A DNA stretch of 64,000 bases from an uncultured Actinomycetota bacterium (GTDB lineage Bacteria; Actinomycetota; Actinomycetes; Mycobacteriales; Jatrophihabitantaceae). Shown here one piece after another: positions 17,221-27,726 of this stretch. Every line of letters starts with the position of its first letter. Position 1 is the first letter of the stretch. The translations under genes were made by a program, and so were the position numbers. The stretch covers positions 49,087 to 113,086 of the forward strand of contig CAVWUZ010000005.1 in assembly GCA_963758325.1 (NCBI GenBank), read 5' to 3'. A model generated the notes under the pieces. It did not search any database. It was not told where the DNA came from and saw only the letters and a program-made list of their open reading frames with translations.

Positions 17221-20204
17221 CGCAGGTCCACCTCGGGGCGGACCGGCAGCGGCTCGCGGAGGGACCGGGCGGCGACCAGCCAGGCGAGCGCGATGGCGGC
17301 GGCGAGCGCGCCGGCGAGCACCGCCGCGGTCCAGGCCACGCCGATGGAGCTCTGCAGCGGCGGCTGCGGGGCGGTGCCGGCGGCATCGACGGCGATCAGG
17401 GTGGCGCCGACCCGGGTCAGTACGACTCCGGTCACCAGCCCAGCGGGGACCCCGACCGCGACGACCGACACCGCCCGCACGAGCAGGGCCCGGCGCAGCA
17501 CGGCCGGCCGCACGCCGTCGGACTCCCAGGCGTACAGCTCGCCGGCCGCGTCGCGTCGCTCGCCGAGCACGAGCAGCACCACCGCCGCCGCCGCCACCAA
17601 CAGCGCCAGCCCCGCGGCGAGGGCCAGCAGCAGCCGCGAGCCGCGGCTGACCGGGTCGCTCACCGTCGCCTGCTCGGTGTCGGCGCGCAGCTGCACGCTC
17701 AGCGCGCTGAACGGCGGGCGGGCGAGCACCGCGCCGAGGTCGGGGCGGGCGGAGGCGAGCCACAACTCGCCGACCGCGCCGGTGCCCGGTTGCTGCCGGT
17801 CCAGTAGCCGGGACAGCGCGCCGCGGTCGAGCAGCACGAAGCTGCCGGTGACGGTCGGCAGTCGCGGCATGATCGCGACGACGTGCGCCGGCACGGTCAC
17901 GGTGCCGACCACGATGAGCAGCTGGCCGTCGGGGCCGACCGCCGAGGCCGTCGCCGGGTCGGTCACCACCGGGGTGGGCGGCGGGGCGGCCGGGCCGGGG
18001 GCGAGCACGACGGGCGCGCCGAGCAGCTGGTAGGTGGCGTCGAGGCGCTGCGGCGTGGCCTGCACCGCGGCCAGCGCGGAGGTCCAGGTCGACCAGTCCC
18101 ACGCCATCGGGGTGCCGTCGACACGCACCTCGGACAGCCCCAGCGCACCCGAGACGACCGGCTGGTCGGTGGTGCCCTCGCCGACGTTGTGCTCGTGGTG
18201 GGTGGCGTAGTCGGGGTCCTCCCGCAGCGCGATGCCGATCACGCGCGCAGGGCCGCCGACGTCCGGCAGGTCGCCGGCCAGGGTGCCGGCGTCCGGCTGC
18301 AAGGTCACTGCCCGTTCCACGCCCGACGGGCCGGCCAGCGACAGGGTGGCCTGAGTGTTCGGCACGGCGGACGTCGTAGCGATGGACAGCCGCCGGGCGC
18401 CGGCGGCGACGGTGGGCGCAGTGACCGCGTCGGGCACCCGGACGTCGGCGGCCACCTGGCGCGCCGACCGGTCCGAGCCCGTGGTGCGCGACCACCGGGC
18501 GACGTGCGGCAGCGCGGCGGGGTCGACGCCCACGAGTGGGACGCTGTGGGCGTCGCCGGCGCTGAGCCGGACGATGCCGGCGCTGCGGGTGACGCCGTAC
18601 GCGGTGACGTCCGCCGGCAGCGCGGAGGCGGTCGTCACCGGCTGGACCAGGCTGCTGCCGGTGGTGAGCCGGGCGTCGAGCGGGACGGCGAAGGCGGCCT
18701 CGTCGGCGGCGCCACCGAGCAGCGTCGCCCGGTAGCCGCCGGCGAAGACGACGGCCGCCACCGCCGCGGCGAGCAGGGCCACCGTCGTCACCGGGCGCAG
18801 CGGGCGGCGCAACGCGCCGAGCAGCCCCAGGCGGCCGGCCACCGCGCGCGGCGCGGTCGCCCGCACCACCCGGTCGACCAGCCGCACCGCCGGGGGCCAC
18901 AGCCGCGACGCGATCAGCCCGCCGGCCACCGCGAGCAGCACCGGCAACGCCACGACCAGCGGGTCCGCGCCGTCCTGCAGTCCCGTCGCGCCGCGGTCGG
19001 CGGCGAGCACCGCGGCGGCGATGCAGGCGACCGCGACGATGTCGAGACCCTGCCGCAGCGAGCGCCCGGCGCGCTGCGGCCACAGCAAGCTCGCCACCGT
19101 GATCGCCGCGGCGGCGACGAGCAGCAGCGCGCAGCCGAGCGCCGAGGTCGTCAGCGCGTGCCCCACCGTCCGCGCCACCGGGATCCGCGCCGTCCCGGCC
19201 AGGCCCGCGGTGATCGCCGCACCGAGCGCCGCTCCGACCAGGCCGCCGACCAGGCAGGTGACCGCGGCCTGCACCGCGGTGAGGACGCCGACCTGCGCGC
19301 GTCCCGCCCCGCGCCGGCGCAACACCGTGACGAGCAACCGGTGTTCCGGGCGGAGGCTGACCGCGGCGAGCACGGCGAAGCCGAGCAGCAGGACGGCCGC
19401 CGAGCCGCCGAGCAGGCCGAACCGGCGGGTGGACAACCCGGCGCGCGCGTCCTCCGCCTGCAGCGCGGTGTCCGGCCGGAACACCGACGTGCTGGGGACG
19501 CGGGCGGTGATCGTGTCGGCGACGTCGCCGGAGAGCCGGACGTAGTCGGGGACGCCGCTGGCAAGGACCTTGTCGGCGTCGAGCGCCACCACCCACGCGT
19601 AGGTGCGCCCGAACAGCTGCAGTGCCGAGAGCCGGGCCAGCCCGTCGACGTCCCCGGCGACCAGCAGTGGGACGCCGCCGGTGTCGAACGGCCCGCTGAC
19701 CAGCAGCGGATCGGTCCGCTCCGCCCGCCCGACGACGACGACGCCGATGGTCGCGGCGGCCGCCGTCAGGCCGGCGTCGCCGCCGAGCTGCACCACTTCG
19801 CAGCGCTGCGGCGTGCAGCTCTGCGGTAGTCGGCCGGAGACGACGCGGACGCCGGCGCCCACCCGGTCGGCGCCGGCGAGGAAGAACTCGCTGCTCTGCA
19901 GCGTCAACTCGCGGAACACGACCTGCCGGCGCACCGGAGCGGACGACACCCGGCGCAGCTGGCTCTCGACGAGGGCGTCCGGTGCGGGCTGACCGGTCGC
20001 GCGCTGCTGGGTGACGGTGATCGCCCGGTCCGCGGGCTTCAGCGACGCGAACGCCCGCCGCAGCGTCTGCGCCGCCACCGTCGTCCCCGCCCCGGAGGCC
20101 GCGATCGGGATGGCGAGTGCCAGCGCGGTGCCGAGCGCGAGCAGCAGCCAGCCGCCGGGACGGTGCCGGACGGTGCGAGCGGCGAGCGCCAGGACGAGAC
20201 GCAC
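17217..20204 (-). CDS. very large FtsX/MacB-type ABC transporter permease (about 995 aa)
   Basis: GTG at 20204, preceded by GGAGGTGG. It has multiple TM helix clusters separated by long extracytoplasmic segments, and it is translationally coupled to the twin-NBD ATPase. Confidence 0.7.
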   Translation of the reverse strand: MRLVLALAARTVRHRPGGWLLLALGTALALAIPIAASGAGTTVAAQTLRRAFASLKPADRAITVTQQRATGQPAPDALVESQLRRVSSAPVRRQVVFRELTLQSSEFFLAGADRVGAGVRVVSGRLPQSCTPQRCEVVQLGGDAGLTAAAATIGVVVVGRAERTDPLLVSGPFDTGGVPLLVAGDVDGLARLSALQLFGRTYAWVVALDADKVLASGVPDYVRLSGDVADTITARVPSTSVFRPDTALQAEDARAGLSTRRFGLLGGSAAVLLLGFAVLAAVSLRPEHRLLVTVLRRRGAGRAQVGVLTAVQAAVTCLVGGLVGAALGAAITAGLAGTARIPVARTVGHALTTSALGCALLLVAAAAITVASLLWPQRAGRSLRQGLDIVAVACIAAAVLAADRGATGLQDGADPLVVALPVLLAVAGGLIASRLWPPAVRLVDRVVRATAPRAVAGRLGLLGALRRPLRPVTTVALLAAAVAAVVFAGGYRATLLGGAADEAAFAVPLDARLTTGSSLVQPVTTASALPADVTAYGVTRSAGIVRLSAGDAHSVPLVGVDPAALPHVARWSRTTGSDRSARQVAADVRVPDAVTAPTVAAGARRLSIATTSAVPNTQATLSLAGPSGVERAVTLQPDAGTLAGDLPDVGGPARVIGIALREDPDYATHHEHNVGEGTTDQPVVSGALGLSEVRVDGTPMAWDWSTWTSALAAVQATPQRLDATYQLLGAPVVLAPGPAAPPPTPVVTDPATASAVGPDGQLLIVVGTVTVPAHVVAIMPRLPTVTGSFVLLDRGALSRLLDRQQPGTGAVGELWLASARPDLGAVLARPPFSALSVQLRADTEQATVSDPVSRGSRLLLALAAGLALLVAAAAVVLLVLGERRDAAGELYAWESDGVRPAVLRRALLVRAVSVVAVGVPAGLVTGVVLTRVGATLIAVDAAGTAPQPPLQSSIGVAWTAAVLAGALAAAIALAWLVAARSLREPLPVRPEVDLR

Positions 20205-20267
20205 ACGGCCACCTCCGTCCCATCCCGTACTAACCGTTGACCGCCGAGTGCCGGTTAGCCTAGGGCA

Positions 20268-20861
20268 GTGAGCTCGCATCTGGTCGAGGGCCGGCGCCTG
20301 CCCGACCAGATCGCCGACCATCCGGCGCTCGAGTTGTGCAACACGATCGCGGGGTGGGGCACCCCGACGCCCAAGGAGTACCTCGTCGACCCGCGCGCGC
20401 TCGCCCTCTGGGCGCGGGAGGCAGGACTGCTGCCGACGGCGTCTCGGGCGACCGACGCCGCCGCGCTGGCCGCGGTCGTCGCGCTGCGGGGCGCGCTGTA
20501 CCGGGTGGTGACCGAGCGGGACGCCGCCGCGCTGGCCGAGGTCCGGCACTGCGTCGCCGCGGCGCAGGCGCGGGCGGGCTACCGCTTCAGTGAGGACGGC
20601 CGGGTGCGGCTCGACGTGGGCGCGGGGCCGCTGGCCGCGGTGGACGCCGCCACCCTCGCCGCCGCCGACCTGCTCGAGGGCCCGGGACCGGCCGCCGTCG
20701 GGCGCTGTCCCGGCGTGGGCTGCGGCTGGCTGTTCCTCGACCCGACCGGCCGGCGCCGATGGTGCGACATGGCGGTCTGCGGCAACCGCGCGAAAGCCCG
20801 CCGCTACGCCGCGCGCCGGTCGGCGGAACGCCACCGCACGTCCCGCCGCACGTCCCGCTGA
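20268..20861 (+). CDS. CGNR zinc-finger (ABATE domain) protein
   Basis: C-terminal [34 protein letters not shown] is the CGNR zinc-finger signature. Confidence 0.8.
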   Translation: MSSHLVEGRRLPDQIADHPALELCNTIAGWGTPTPKEYLVDPRALALWAREAGLLPTASRATDAAALAAVVALRGALYRVVTERDAAALAEVRHCVAAAQARAGYRFSEDGRVRLDVGAGPLAAVDAATLAAADLLEGPGPAAVGRCPGVGCGWLFLDPTGRRRWCDMAVCGNRAKARRYAARRSAERHRTSRRTSR

Positions 20862-20918
20862 GTGGCGGCCACTGCGGGCACCCGGGGTCACGCGCACGGC
20901 CGGTTAGTGTGGGGCGTC

Positions 20919-23900
20919 GTGCACGACGGTGGGTGGTTGCGGCGCCTGCTCGGCTACTGCCTCCGTCACCGGCGTGACCTGACCACCGCGTTCACCGTCG
21001 CCCTGCTCGGTGCCGGGGTCAGCGCCACGGTCCCTCTCGTGATCCGTCAGGTCGTCGACGACGTCACGTCGGGTTCGAAGCAGAGCATCGCGCCGTACGT
21101 CTGGCTGCTGGTCGCCCTGGCGCTGATCGCCTACGTGTTGACGTTCCTGCGCCGCTACACCGCTGGGCGGCTGTCGCTCGACGTCCAGTACGACATGCGC
21201 GCCGACGTGTTCGCCGCGCTGTCGCGCCTCGACGGTGCGGCGCAGGACGAGCTCGAGACCGGGCAGATCGTCAGCCGGTCGATCACCGACATCGGCCTGG
21301 TGCAGGGCCTGCTGGCGTTCGTTCCGATGCTGTCGAGCAACGTCCTGCTCTTCGTGGTCTCGCTAGTGATCATGACGGTGCTGTCGCCGGTGCTGACGCT
21401 GGTGGCGCTCGCCGTCGCGCCGGCGCTGTGGTTCGTCGCCGCCCGCTCGCGCAAGGACCTGTTCCCGGCGAACTGGGACGCCCAGCAGCAGGCCGCCGTG
21501 GTCGTCGGCCAGGTCGAGGCGGCCGTCACGGGCGTCCGCGTCGTCAAGGGCTTCGGCCAGGAACGCCGCGAGCTCGGCGAGATCCGCGACCGCGCCCGGA
21601 CGTTGTTCGCCAGCCGGATGCGGGTCGTGCGGCTCCAGGCGCGCTACGCCCCGGCGCTGCAGGCCATCCCCGCGCTCGGCCAGGTCGGTGTACTGCTGCT
21701 CGGCGGCTGGCTCGCGCTCCACGGCCGCATCACGCTGGGCACGTTCCTGGCGTTCAGCACCTACTTGGCGCAGCTCGTCGGCCCGGTCCGCCAGTTGACG
21801 GCGCTGCTCACCATCGGCCAGCAGGCGCGCGCCGGGGTGGAGCGGGTGCTCGACGTCGTCGACGCCGCCCCCGCCATCGTCGACGGCACGCACGACATCC
21901 CGGACGGCCCGGTCTCCGTCGAGCTCGAGCACGTCCGCTTCGGCTACCGCGCCAGCCGGCCGGTCCTGGACGACGTCACGCTGTCGGTCGACCCGGGTGA
22001 GACGCTCGCACTCGTCGGCGGCGCCGGCTCCGGCAAGTCGACGCTGGCGCTCCTCCTGCCCCGCTTCTACGACGTGCACGCGGGCGTGGTGCGGCTCGGC
22101 GGGGTCGACGTCCGCGACGCCCGGCTGGCGTCCCTGCGCTCGCGGCTCGGCGTCGTCTTCGAGGACAGCTTCCTGTTCTCCACCACGGTGCGGGACAACA
22201 TCGCCTACGGCCGGCCGGACGCCACCGACGAGGACGTGGTCGCCGCTGCCCGGGCCGCCGAGGCGGACGAGTTCATCCGCGCGCTGCCCGACGGCTACGA
22301 CACCGTGGTCGGTGAGCGGGGGCTGACGCTGTCCGGCGGGCAGCGTCAGCGGATCGCCCTGGCGCGGGCGCTGCTCCCGGACCCGCGGGTGCTCGTCCTC
22401 GACGACGCCACCTCCGCCGTCGACCCGCGGGTCGAGGCCGAGATCAACGCGACGCTGCGCCGGGTGTCGCGCGGGCGCACCACGCTGCTCGTCGCGCACC
22501 GCCGCTCGACGCTCGACCTCGCCGACCGCATCGCGGTGCTGGAGCGCGGGAAGGTCGTCGACGTCGGCAGCTACGACGAACTGTGGGAGCGCTGCCCGCT
22601 GTTCCGCCTGCTGCTGTCCGGGCCCGGTGAGGACGCCGAGGGCATCGACGCCGGCCGGCTGCCAGCCCCCGAGTCCGACCCCTGGGCCGCCCGCGACCTG
22701 GAGCAGACCGCCCCGACGGGGACGCTGGCCGTCAGCGCCGCCCGCCGCGCGGCCGGTGGCGGGCGCGGCGGCGGGGAGGCACTGTTGTCCGCGGTGCCCG
22801 CCAGCGACGACCTGCTCGCCAAGGTCGCCGCGCTGCCGCCGGCCACCGACCGTCCCGAGATCCCTGACGCGCTGGCCGAACGCCCCGACCCCGAGTTCGG
22901 TCTGCGCCGCCTGGTCCGCCCGCTGCGCGGGTTCCTGCTGCTCGGGCTCGTCCTGGTCGGGCTGGACGCGGTCGCGCAGCTGATCGTGCCGGCGCTGGTC
23001 CGCAGCGGCATCGACTCCGGCGTGCAAGCCCACCACGCCGGCACCCTGTACGCCGTCTCCGCGGTCGCGCTGGTCGTGCTGCTCGTCGACTGGGCGATCA
23101 GCACCGCCGGCCAGCGCGTCACCGGCCGCACCGGCGAGCGGCTGCTCTACCTGCTCCGGCTGAAGACGTTCGCGCACCTGCAACGGCTCGGGATGGACTA
23201 CTACGAGCGCGAGCTCGGTGGCCGGATCATGACCCGGATGACGACGGACGTCGATGCGTTGTCGAACTTCCTGCAGACGGGCCTCGTCACCGCGCTGATC
23301 AGCGTCCTGACCATCGTCGGGGTCCTCGTCGCGCTGCTCTTGCTCGATCTCAAGCTGTCGCTCGTCCTCCTCGCGATGCTGCCGGTGCTCATCGGCGCAA
23401 CGCTGCTGTTCCGGCGCCGGGCGGTGCCGGCCTACGTCGAGGCGCGCGAGCGGGTCAGCGCCGTGAACGCCCAGCTGCAGGAGAACGTCGCCGGCGTCCG
23501 GGTCACTCAGGCGTTCGGGCGGGAGGGGCGCAACACCGCCGACTACCTCGCCGCGTCGAAGCGCTACCGGGACTCGCGGTTGCGCGCGCAGCGCTACATC
23601 TCCACCTACTTCCCGTTCGTCCAGCTGATGTCCGACGTCGCCGCCGCCCTGGTCCTGGCGTTCGGAGCGGTGCGGCTCCGCGACGGGACGCTGTCCGCGG
23701 GCGCGCTCATCGCGTTCTTCCTCTACCTGGACGCGTTCTTCTCCCCGGTGCAGCAGCTGTCGCAGGTCTTCGACGGTTACCAGCAGTCCTCGGTCGGCCT
23801 GGCGCGGCTGCGGGACCTGCTGCGGACGCCGACCTCGACGCCGCTCCCGCAGGACCCGACGCCCATCCGGGCGCTGCGGGGCGAGGTCGAGCTGCGGGAC

Positions 23901-24623
23901 GTGCACTTCGCGTACACCGGGGCGACCACGGAGGCGCTGCGCGGGGTGACGATGACGGTCGCGCCCGGCGAGACGGTGGCACTCGTCGGCGAGACCGGCG
24001 CGGGCAAGTCCAGCGTGATCAAGCTGGTGGCGCGGTTCTACGACCCGACGTCGGGCTCGGTGTGCGTCGACGGGCTCGACCTGCGCACCGTCGACCTCGA
24101 GGCGTACCGGCACCGGCTCGGCGTCGTCCCCCAGGAGGCGTACCTGTCGCCGGGGACGGTCCGCGACGCCATCGCCTACGGCCGGCCGGACGCCGCCGAC
24201 GCCGAGATCGAGGCCGCTGCGCGCGCGGTCGGCGCGCACGACATGATCGCCGGCCTGGACGGCGGCTACTTCGCCGAGGTCGGCGAGCGCGGCGCCAACC
24301 TGTCCGCGGGCCAGCGTCAGCTCATCGCGCTGGCGCGAGCCGAGCTCGTCGACCCCGACATCCTGCTGCTGGACGAGGCGACGGCCGCGCTCGATCTGGC
24401 CAGCGAGGCCACGGTCACCGAGGCGACCGCGCGGCTGACCCGGCGCCGGACGACGCTGGTCGTGGCGCACCGGCTGACCACCGCGGCGCGCGCGGACCGG
24501 ATCGTGGTGCTCGACGCCGGGCGGGTCGTGCAGGTCGGCACGCACGAGCAGCTGGTCCGCGCCGAGGGCGTGTACGCGCTGCTGTGGGCCGCGTACACCG
24601 GCGCCGACGCCCGGGTCGCCTGA
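20919..24623 (+). CDS. fused ABC exporter (TMD-NBD-TMD-NBD in one polypeptide)
   Basis: Two 6-TM ABC exporter domains and two NBDs (GGAGSGKST / LSGGQRQR / LVLDDATS, and GETGAGKSS / LSAGQRQL / LLLDEATA). I chose the GTG at 20919; the track start is 20862. Confidence 0.85.
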   Translation: MHDGGWLRRLLGYCLRHRRDLTTAFTVALLGAGVSATVPLVIRQVVDDVTSGSKQSIAPYVWLLVALALIAYVLTFLRRYTAGRLSLDVQYDMRADVFAALSRLDGAAQDELETGQIVSRSITDIGLVQGLLAFVPMLSSNVLLFVVSLVIMTVLSPVLTLVALAVAPALWFVAARSRKDLFPANWDAQQQAAVVVGQVEAAVTGVRVVKGFGQERRELGEIRDRARTLFASRMRVVRLQARYAPALQAIPALGQVGVLLLGGWLALHGRITLGTFLAFSTYLAQLVGPVRQLTALLTIGQQARAGVERVLDVVDAAPAIVDGTHDIPDGPVSVELEHVRFGYRASRPVLDDVTLSVDPGETLALVGGAGSGKSTLALLLPRFYDVHAGVVRLGGVDVRDARLASLRSRLGVVFEDSFLFSTTVRDNIAYGRPDATDEDVVAAARAAEADEFIRALPDGYDTVVGERGLTLSGGQRQRIALARALLPDPRVLVLDDATSAVDPRVEAEINATLRRVSRGRTTLLVAHRRSTLDLADRIAVLERGKVVDVGSYDELWERCPLFRLLLSGPGEDAEGIDAGRLPAPESDPWAARDLEQTAPTGTLAVSAARRAAGGGRGGGEALLSAVPASDDLLAKVAALPPATDRPEIPDALAERPDPEFGLRRLVRPLRGFLLLGLVLVGLDAVAQLIVPALVRSGIDSGVQAHHAGTLYAVSAVALVVLLVDWAISTAGQRVTGRTGERLLYLLRLKTFAHLQRLGMDYYERELGGRIMTRMTTDVDALSNFLQTGLVTALISVLTIVGVLVALLLLDLKLSLVLLAMLPVLIGATLLFRRRAVPAYVEARERVSAVNAQLQENVAGVRVTQAFGREGRNTADYLAASKRYRDSRLRAQRYISTYFPFVQLMSDVAAALVLAFGAVRLRDGTLSAGALIAFFLYLDAFFSPVQQLSQVFDGYQQSSVGLARLRDLLRTPTSTPLPQDPTPIRALRGEVELRDVHFAYTGATTEALRGVTMTVAPGETVALVGETGAGKSSVIKLVARFYDPTSGSVCVDGLDLRTVDLEAYRHRLGVVPQEAYLSPGTVRDAIAYGRPDAADAEIEAAARAVGAHDMIAGLDGGYFAEVGERGANLSAGQRQLIALARAELVDPDILLLDEATAALDLASEATVTEATARLTRRRTTLVVAHRLTTAARADRIVVLDAGRVVQVGTHEQLVRAEGVYALLWAAYTGADARVA

Positions 24624-24625
24624 GC

Positions 24626-25219
24626 TCACTCCTCGCTGACGATGCCGGCGCGGGTCAGGCGCAGCAGCTGGGTGTGCGGCACGATCCCGCGGCGGGTGGC
24701 GGCGTCGATGCCGCGGCGGAACGGGACGGCGACGCGGTCGGCCAGGGTGGCCGGCCAGGGGACCGCGCTCACGGCGACGCTGACGGCGACGCCGAACAGC
24801 GTCGTCAACAGCCGGTCGCCCATCCAGGTCCCGACCTCGTCGCCGAAGCCGACGCACCCGACGCCCAGGACGATCACCGACAACCGCGCGGCGGCGGCAC
24901 TGCGCAGCAGCACGCACACGCTCATGCCGATCGCGGCCGCGATGCCCACCGACCAGGGATGGACGCCGACGACGTCGACCAGCAGGACCGCCAGCGACGC
25001 CCCGACGACCGAGCCGACCAACCGCAGCAGCCCGAGCAGGCCCGCCTCCTTCGCGCGGACGTCGGCGACGGTCGCCGCCGCGAGCACGGTGTACTCCGGC
25101 AGCGGCAGGTGGATCGCCCGCGCGACAGCGAGCCCCACCCCGGCCGACACCGCGGTCTTGACGACGATCTCGACCTTCACTGCACCGCTCCCGTCGCCGA
25201 GTCCTCCTGCGGCGGCCAT
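24626..25219 (-). CDS. hypothetical membrane protein, possibly FUSC / aromatic-acid-exporter-like
   Basis: Track ORF of 197 aa with 4-5 TM helices. The LRLVGSVVGASLAVLLV type helix is reminiscent of FUSC-like proteins. The assignment is weak. Confidence 0.4.
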   Translation of the reverse strand: MAAAGGLGDGSGAVKVEIVVKTAVSAGVGLAVARAIHLPLPEYTVLAAATVADVRAKEAGLLGLLRLVGSVVGASLAVLLVDVVGVHPWSVGIAAAIGMSVCVLLRSAAAARLSVIVLGVGCVGFGDEVGTWMGDRLLTTLFGVAVSVAVSAVPWPATLADRVAVPFRRGIDAATRRGIVPHTQLLRLTRAGIVSEE

Positions 25220-25247
25220 CCTGGCAGCCGGGGGTGGGGAGCGCCGG

Positions 25248-25643
25248 TCAGCGGCGGCGAGCGGAGCCGCGTTGCGGCTGCCAGACCACCAGCGCCGTCG
25301 ACGGCCTGCGGTGCCGGTCGAGCTCGTCGTCGGCGCGCTCGAGGTCGGCCTGCAGCTCCCGGACCCGGTCGCGCAGCGCGTCGACCTGCGACTCCAGTTC
25401 GATGATCCGCTTGATACCGGACAGGTTGATGCCCTCGTCCTGGCTCAGCCGCTGCACCTCGCGCAGCAGCGCGATGTCGCGGGCGGAGTAGCGCCGGCCC
25501 CCGCCGATCGTGCGGCCCGGGGTCACCAGGCCGAGGCGGTCGTACTGCCGCAACGTCTGCGCGTGCATCCCGGCCAGCTGCGCGGCGACCGAGATCACGA
25601 AGACCGGCGCGTCCTCCGGGACGTCGTGGAAGCGGATGTCCAT
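25248..25643 (-). CDS. hspR: MerR-family heat-shock repressor HspR
   Basis: ISVAAQLAGMHAQTLRQYDRLGLVTPGRTIGGGRRYSARDIALLREVQRLS is a MerR-type HTH. The gene sits last in the dnaK-grpE-dnaJ operon. Confidence 0.85.
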   Translation of the reverse strand: MDIRFHDVPEDAPVFVISVAAQLAGMHAQTLRQYDRLGLVTPGRTIGGGRRYSARDIALLREVQRLSQDEGINLSGIKRIIELESQVDALRDRVRELQADLERADDELDRHRRPSTALVVWQPQRGSARRR

Positions 25644-25653
25644 CGGCGGGACC

Positions 25654-26865
25654 TCACCCTCCCGCGCGCCGGGTCAGGTCCGCGCGCGGGTCGTCGCTCT
25701 GCGTCGCCGCGTACTTCTCCAACGCCTCACGGGCCTCCCCACTGAGCCGCTGCGGGACGGCGACCTCGACGGTGGCCAGCAGGTCACCGTGACCGCCGCC
25801 GCGCTTGGGCACACCGCGCCCGCGCACGCGCAGCGTCCGCCCGCTCGGCGTGCCCGCCGGGACCTTGACCGACACGCTGCCGTAAAGGGTCGGCACGCGG
25901 ACCGTGGTGCCCAAGGTGGCCTCGGGGAACGTCACCGGGACGGTCAGCGTCAGGTCGTCGCCGCGGCGGCCGAACACCTCGTGCGGGCGGACGTGCACCT
26001 TCACCAGCAGGTCACCGGCCGGCCCACCGCGGGCGCCGGGTGTCCCCTTGCCGCGGATCCGCAGCATCGCGCCGTCCCGGACACCGACCGGCACCCGGAC
26101 GGTGATGGTGCGGGTCTGCGTGGTCACGCCGTTGCCACCGCACTCCGGGCACGGTTCGTCGACCAGCCGGCCGGTGCCCTTGCAGTCCCGGCACGGCTCG
26201 CTGAACCCGAACGCGCCCTGGTTGCGGCTGACGAACCCGGAGCCGCCACAGGTCGGGCACGTCCGCGGCGACGTCCCCGGCTTCGCGCCGCTGCCGTGGC
26301 AGAGCTGGCAGGTGCCCGGCCCGGTCAGCGACAGCGGGATCTCCCCGCCGCGGACCGCCGCGTCGAAGTCGAGCGTCAGCTCGGCCTCCACGTCGCTGCC
26401 CCGGGTCGGCTGCGTGGTCCGGCCGCGCCGGCTCGTGCCGGCACCGCCCCCACCGGCGCCGAACAGGCCGCCGAACAGGTCGCCGAGGCCACCGCCACCG
26501 GTCGCGGTCCCCGTCGAGCCCGTGCCGCCGAACAGGTCGTTGATGTCGAACGTCGCGCCCGGGCCCGCCGTGCCGAACCCCCCGCCGAAGCCGCCAGGGC
26601 CGCCGAACCCGCCACCGGGGATCCCGCCGCCGGCGAACAGCGTGCGCGCGTCGTCGTACTCCTTGCGGCTCGTCTCGTCGGAGAGCACGGAGTAGGCCTC
26701 CGAGACCTCCTTGAAGCGCGCCTCGGCCGTCGCGTTGCCCGGGTTCTTGTCCGGGTGCAGCTCTCGGGCCAGCTTGCGGTACGCCTTCTTGATGTCCGCC
26801 TGCGAGGCGTCCTTGGCGACGCCGAGCGTGGCGTAGAAGTCCTTCTCGAGCCAGTCACGGTTCAT
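25654..26865 (-). CDS. dnaJ: molecular chaperone DnaJ
   Basis: J domain with HPDKN, a G/F-rich linker and four CxxCxGxG zinc-finger repeats. Confidence 0.95.
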   Translation of the reverse strand: MNRDWLEKDFYATLGVAKDASQADIKKAYRKLARELHPDKNPGNATAEARFKEVSEAYSVLSDETSRKEYDDARTLFAGGGIPGGGFGGPGGFGGGFGTAGPGATFDINDLFGGTGSTGTATGGGGLGDLFGGLFGAGGGGAGTSRRGRTTQPTRGSDVEAELTLDFDAAVRGGEIPLSLTGPGTCQLCHGSGAKPGTSPRTCPTCGGSGFVSRNQGAFGFSEPCRDCKGTGRLVDEPCPECGGNGVTTQTRTITVRVPVGVRDGAMLRIRGKGTPGARGGPAGDLLVKVHVRPHEVFGRRGDDLTLTVPVTFPEATLGTTVRVPTLYGSVSVKVPAGTPSGRTLRVRGRGVPKRGGGHGDLLATVEVAVPQRLSGEAREALEKYAATQSDDPRADLTRRAGG

Positions 26866-26936
26866 CGGTCGGCGTCACCTCCTCGTCTCGGCCTTGTCTT
26901 GGCGTCGAGTTGCCGTGGGGCCCGGCTTCGTGCGGT

Positions 26937-26998
26937 GGCTCGGGATCGCGCCCCTCAGGGCGGTCAGGCCTGATCCCTTCGGTGCGCGATCCCGAGCC
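26937..26998 (-). promoter_or_regulatory. 15-bp perfect stem-loop in the grpE-dnaJ intergenic region
   Basis: GGCTCGGGATCGCGC (26937..26951) pairs with GCGCGATCCCGAGCC (26984..26998). The loop is 32 nt. It lies inside the operon transcript. Confidence 0.5.
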
Positions 26999-27007
26999 GC
27001 CGCCGCG

Positions 27008-27726
27008 TCAGTCACCTCGGGTCGTCGTCTCGCTTCGCGTTCCCGGGTCGTCCGTGACCGGCTCGTCGGCGGTGGCGGCGAGGGGCTCGTCGGTGGTGGC
27101 GGATGCGTCGGGCTCTACCGCCGTCGCGGGGTGGGTCGCCGGCGGGGTGGACGGGTCGCTGACGCCGACCATGGCGGGACGGAGCAGACGCTCGCCGAGG
27201 CGGTAGCCGGGGCGGAGCACCAGCGTGGCGGTGGCGACCGCGACGTCGTCGCGCTCGTCGTGCGTCACGGCCTCGTGGATCGTCGGGTCGAACGGGTCGC
27301 CGACATCACCGAAGCGCTCCACGCCGGCCTTGGTCAGCACCGTCTCGAGACCGTCGGCCACCGACTTCAACGCCCCGGTGAGGTCGCCGTGCACTCGGGC
27401 ACGGTCGACGTCGTCCAGGACCGGCAGCAGCGCCGCGAGGAAGCCGCCGAGCGCGACCTCTCCGGCCGCCAGCCGCTCACGCTCGGCGCGTCGGCGGTAG
27501 TTCGCGAACTCGGCCTGGACCCGCTGCAGGTCGGCGGTCCGCTCGGCGAGCAGCCGGGCGTCCTCGCCCACCGCGGCCGGCCCGGGAGCCGCGTCGGCAG
27601 TCGCCGCGCCCGCGGCCGGTGCCGCCGCCGGATCAGCGGCAGCACCGGTCGCGTCGCTCCGGACCTTGCGCTTGTCCCGGATCACGACCCGCTCGGGGTC
27701 GAACTCGGACTCGCGGGCAGGGTCGG

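Noticed and set aside
15640-20223. 1527-aa track ORF on the minus strand
   Set aside because: Only its last 526 codons (15640..17220) have ABC ATPase motifs. The remainder is an Arg/Gly/Pro-rich out-of-frame read of the permease gene, whose real frame is the 17217..20897 ORF.
21363-24917. 1184-aa minus-strand ORF
   Set aside because: It is antisense to the fused ABC exporter, is low in complexity and has no recognisable domains.
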